A stretch of DNA of 64,000 nucleotides from Chloroflexota bacterium. GTDB taxonomy: Bacteria > Chloroflexota > Limnocylindria > Limnocylindrales > CSP1-4. The notes beneath the pieces were generated by a model. That model was not told the DNA's origin, made no database searches, and worked only from the letters and a program-made list of their open reading frames with translations. Both the position numbers and the translations under genes were made by a program. The stretch lies in assembly GCA_021802585.1 (NCBI GenBank), contig JAJZRQ010000004.1, positions 190-64,189 on the forward strand. The letters are read 5' to 3'. This document shows positions 62,797-64,000 of the stretch, one piece after another. Every line of letters starts with the position of its first letter. Positions within the stretch are counted from its first letter, which is position 1.

Positions 62797-62811
62797 TAGC
62801 ATCGGGGCGTG
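62797..62811 (+). promoter_or_regulatory. candidate -10 box TAGCAT plus 6-nt spacer plus GTG (leaderless)
   Basis: The sequence is cctgcTAGCATcggggcGTGacc. Confidence 0.4.
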
Positions 62812-63483
62812 ACCGTCGCCGCCGTCGTCCTCGCCGCCGACCTCGCGACCGCCCTCCACGCGGTCGACGGGGTCCCGAACGCCCGGCGCCTCGTCGACGC
62901 GGCCTGGGCCGGCGGCGCCCTTCCGGTCGTCGTCGTCGCAGCGGACCCCGACGGGGCCGTCGCCGCGGCGCTCGCCGGCTCGGTGGCGGTCCTCGCGGCG
63001 CCGGCCCCCGGCGCCGCCGGCCCGGTCGGGCAGGCCTGCCGCGGGATCGACGTCGCCCGGGCCGAGGTGGACGCCACCACCGCCGCCCTCGTCTGGCCGG
63101 CCCGGATGGGCTGGGTGGACGCGGAGACCGTCACCTCGCTCATCGAGGCCCACGGGACCGATCCGTCGGCGCTGCTTCGCCCCGCGTTCCGGGGCCAGGC
63201 CGGCTGGCCCGCGCTCGTCCCCATCGTCCACCTCGAGGCGTTCCGGGCGCTGGACCCGGGGCTTGCGCCGGGCGCCCTCGTCGACGCCCTGGCGGCAACC
63301 GTCGGCATCCGTCTCGTGGAGCTCGGGGACCCTGGCGCGACGTACGACCTCGACACGCCGCGGGACGACCTCCCGCCGTTCGAGGGGCCCCCGGAGCCGC
63401 CCGCCGGACGGCACCACGAGTGGGGATCGCCTGCGGCGGCCGGCCCGGACGAGCCCCCGGAGCCGCCCCGGACGGCCGGCTGA
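62809..63483 (+). CDS. MobA-like NTP-transferase-fold protein with degenerate N-terminal nucleotide-binding motif
   Basis: The product is (M)TVAAVVLAADLATALHAVDGVPNARRLVDAAWAGGALPVVVV...WPARMGWVDAETV..L...H. Overall it resembles the molybdenum-cofactor guanylyl/cytidylyltransferase fold, but LAADLATAL replaces the usual LAxGxSxRMG loop. Confidence 0.45.
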   Translation: MTVAAVVLAADLATALHAVDGVPNARRLVDAAWAGGALPVVVVAADPDGAVAAALAGSVAVLAAPAPGAAGPVGQACRGIDVARAEVDATTAALVWPARMGWVDAETVTSLIEAHGTDPSALLRPAFRGQAGWPALVPIVHLEAFRALDPGLAPGALVDALAATVGIRLVELGDPGATYDLDTPRDDLPPFEGPPEPPAGRHHEWGSPAAAGPDEPPEPPRTAG

Positions 63484-63516
63484 CGGACCTCCCGGCCCGG
63501 GCTTCCCGCCCCGGAG

Positions 63517-64000
63517 CTAGAAGTCGGCGCTCCCCGGCGTGCGCGGGAACGGGATGACGTCGCGGATGTTCGCCATCCCGGTCGCGTAGGCCACGGCGCG
63601 GTCGAACCCGAGCCCGAAGCCCGCGTGCGGCACGGTGCCGTACCGCCGGAGGTCGCGGTACCACCAGTACGCCGCGGGGTCGAAGTGCAGCTCCCGCATT
63701 CGCGCGTCGAGCACGTCGAGGCGCTCCTCGCGCTGGCTCCCGCCGACGATCTCGCCGATGCCGGGGGCGAGGACGTCCATCGCCGCGACCGTCCGCCCAT
63801 CGTCGTTCAGGCGCATGTAGAACGCCTTGATCTCCTTGGGGTAGTTGACGACAACGACCGGGCGTTTCGCGTACTCCTCGCAGAGGTACCGCTCATGCTC
63901 GGCCTGGAGGGCAAGGCCCCACGCCACCGGGAACTCGAACGCGCGGCCCGACCGCTGGAGGACCTCGACGGCCTCCGTGTACTCCATCCGGGCGAAGCTC
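63517..64000 (-). CDS. asnS: asparagine--tRNA ligase, C-terminal part (5' end outside window)
   Basis: The translation reads ...[41 protein letters not shown]......YWWY.DLR.YG.VPH.GFGLGF.R...Y.TG..NIRD.IPFPR.PG.A.F, which includes class II motif 3. The frame stays open to the window edge. Confidence 0.9.
   Translation of the reverse strand, partial: SFARMEYTEAVEVLQRSGRAFEFPVAWGLALQAEHERYLCEEYAKRPVVVVNYPKEIKAFYMRLNDDGRTVAAMDVLAPGIGEIVGGSQREERLDVLDARMRELHFDPAAYWWYRDLRRYGTVPHAGFGLGFDRAVAYATGMANIRDVIPFPRTPGSADF

Noticed and set aside
59692-63417. A 1241-aa minus-strand ORF overlaps typA and the kinase in another frame. Similar same-strand alternative frames occur elsewhere (e.g. 10215..12635, 7067..8869, 20803..22734, 18790..20094).
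   Set aside because: These are out-of-frame with conserved proteins on the same strand and have extreme Arg/Pro/Gly content. Only the last 81 codons of 20803..22734 were kept, as a possible gene fragment.
1-64000. I looked for CRISPR arrays, rRNA genes, IS elements or transposases, and prophage blocks.
   Set aside because: I saw no regularly spaced direct repeats, no rRNA-like conserved stretches, no transposase/DDE or phage structural motifs, and no terminal inverted repeats on either strand.

Overview
This is a very GC-rich (by eye about three quarters G+C) bacterial chromosomal core segment. The gene order (tlyA-nadK-recN, scpA-scpB-rluB-cmk..der, alaS..ruvX-mltG, pepP..efp, xseA..xseB-dxs) is the conserved Terrabacteria pattern. 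It fits a deep-branching Actinomycetota-like or Chloroflexota-like organism best, but I cannot resolve the taxon from sequence alone. I support 64 protein-coding genes (two truncated by the window edges), one doubtful micro-ORF, one gene fragment and two tRNAs (Arg-CCT, Pro-GGG). Nearly everything is on the minus strand, including an uninterrupted co-directional housekeeping array from 21087 to 55443. In that array many neighbours share GTGA/ATGA start-stop overlaps. I saw no rRNA, CRISPR array, transposase or prophage. The many very long Arg/Pro/Gly/Ala-rich ORFs in the six-frame track are frame shadows of the real genes, as expected at this GC content. The observations most worth a second look are these. 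(1) An FtsA/PilM-like actin-fold ATPase and a 606-aa bitopic membrane protein are wedged into the otherwise conserved alaS-ruvX-mltG block. (2) A truncated KdpD-like kinase and a KdpE-like regulator are coupled to an APC-superfamily transporter instead of kdpFABC. (3) An A/T-richer three-gene island encodes an ECF sigma factor, a non-canonical anti-sigma-like protein and a secreted protein. (4) An Arg32-type EF-P sits downstream of a CofE-like ligase and a secreted Ig-repeat/CAP protein, both inserted between pepP and efp. (5) Tandem NrdR-box-like palindromes lie in front of nrdR-dcd. (6) A TAnnnT hexamer recurs 6-9 nt upstream of the start codon at eight operon heads, implying leaderless mRNAs. 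None of these could be checked against databases here. Product calls rest on motifs I recognise in the translations.
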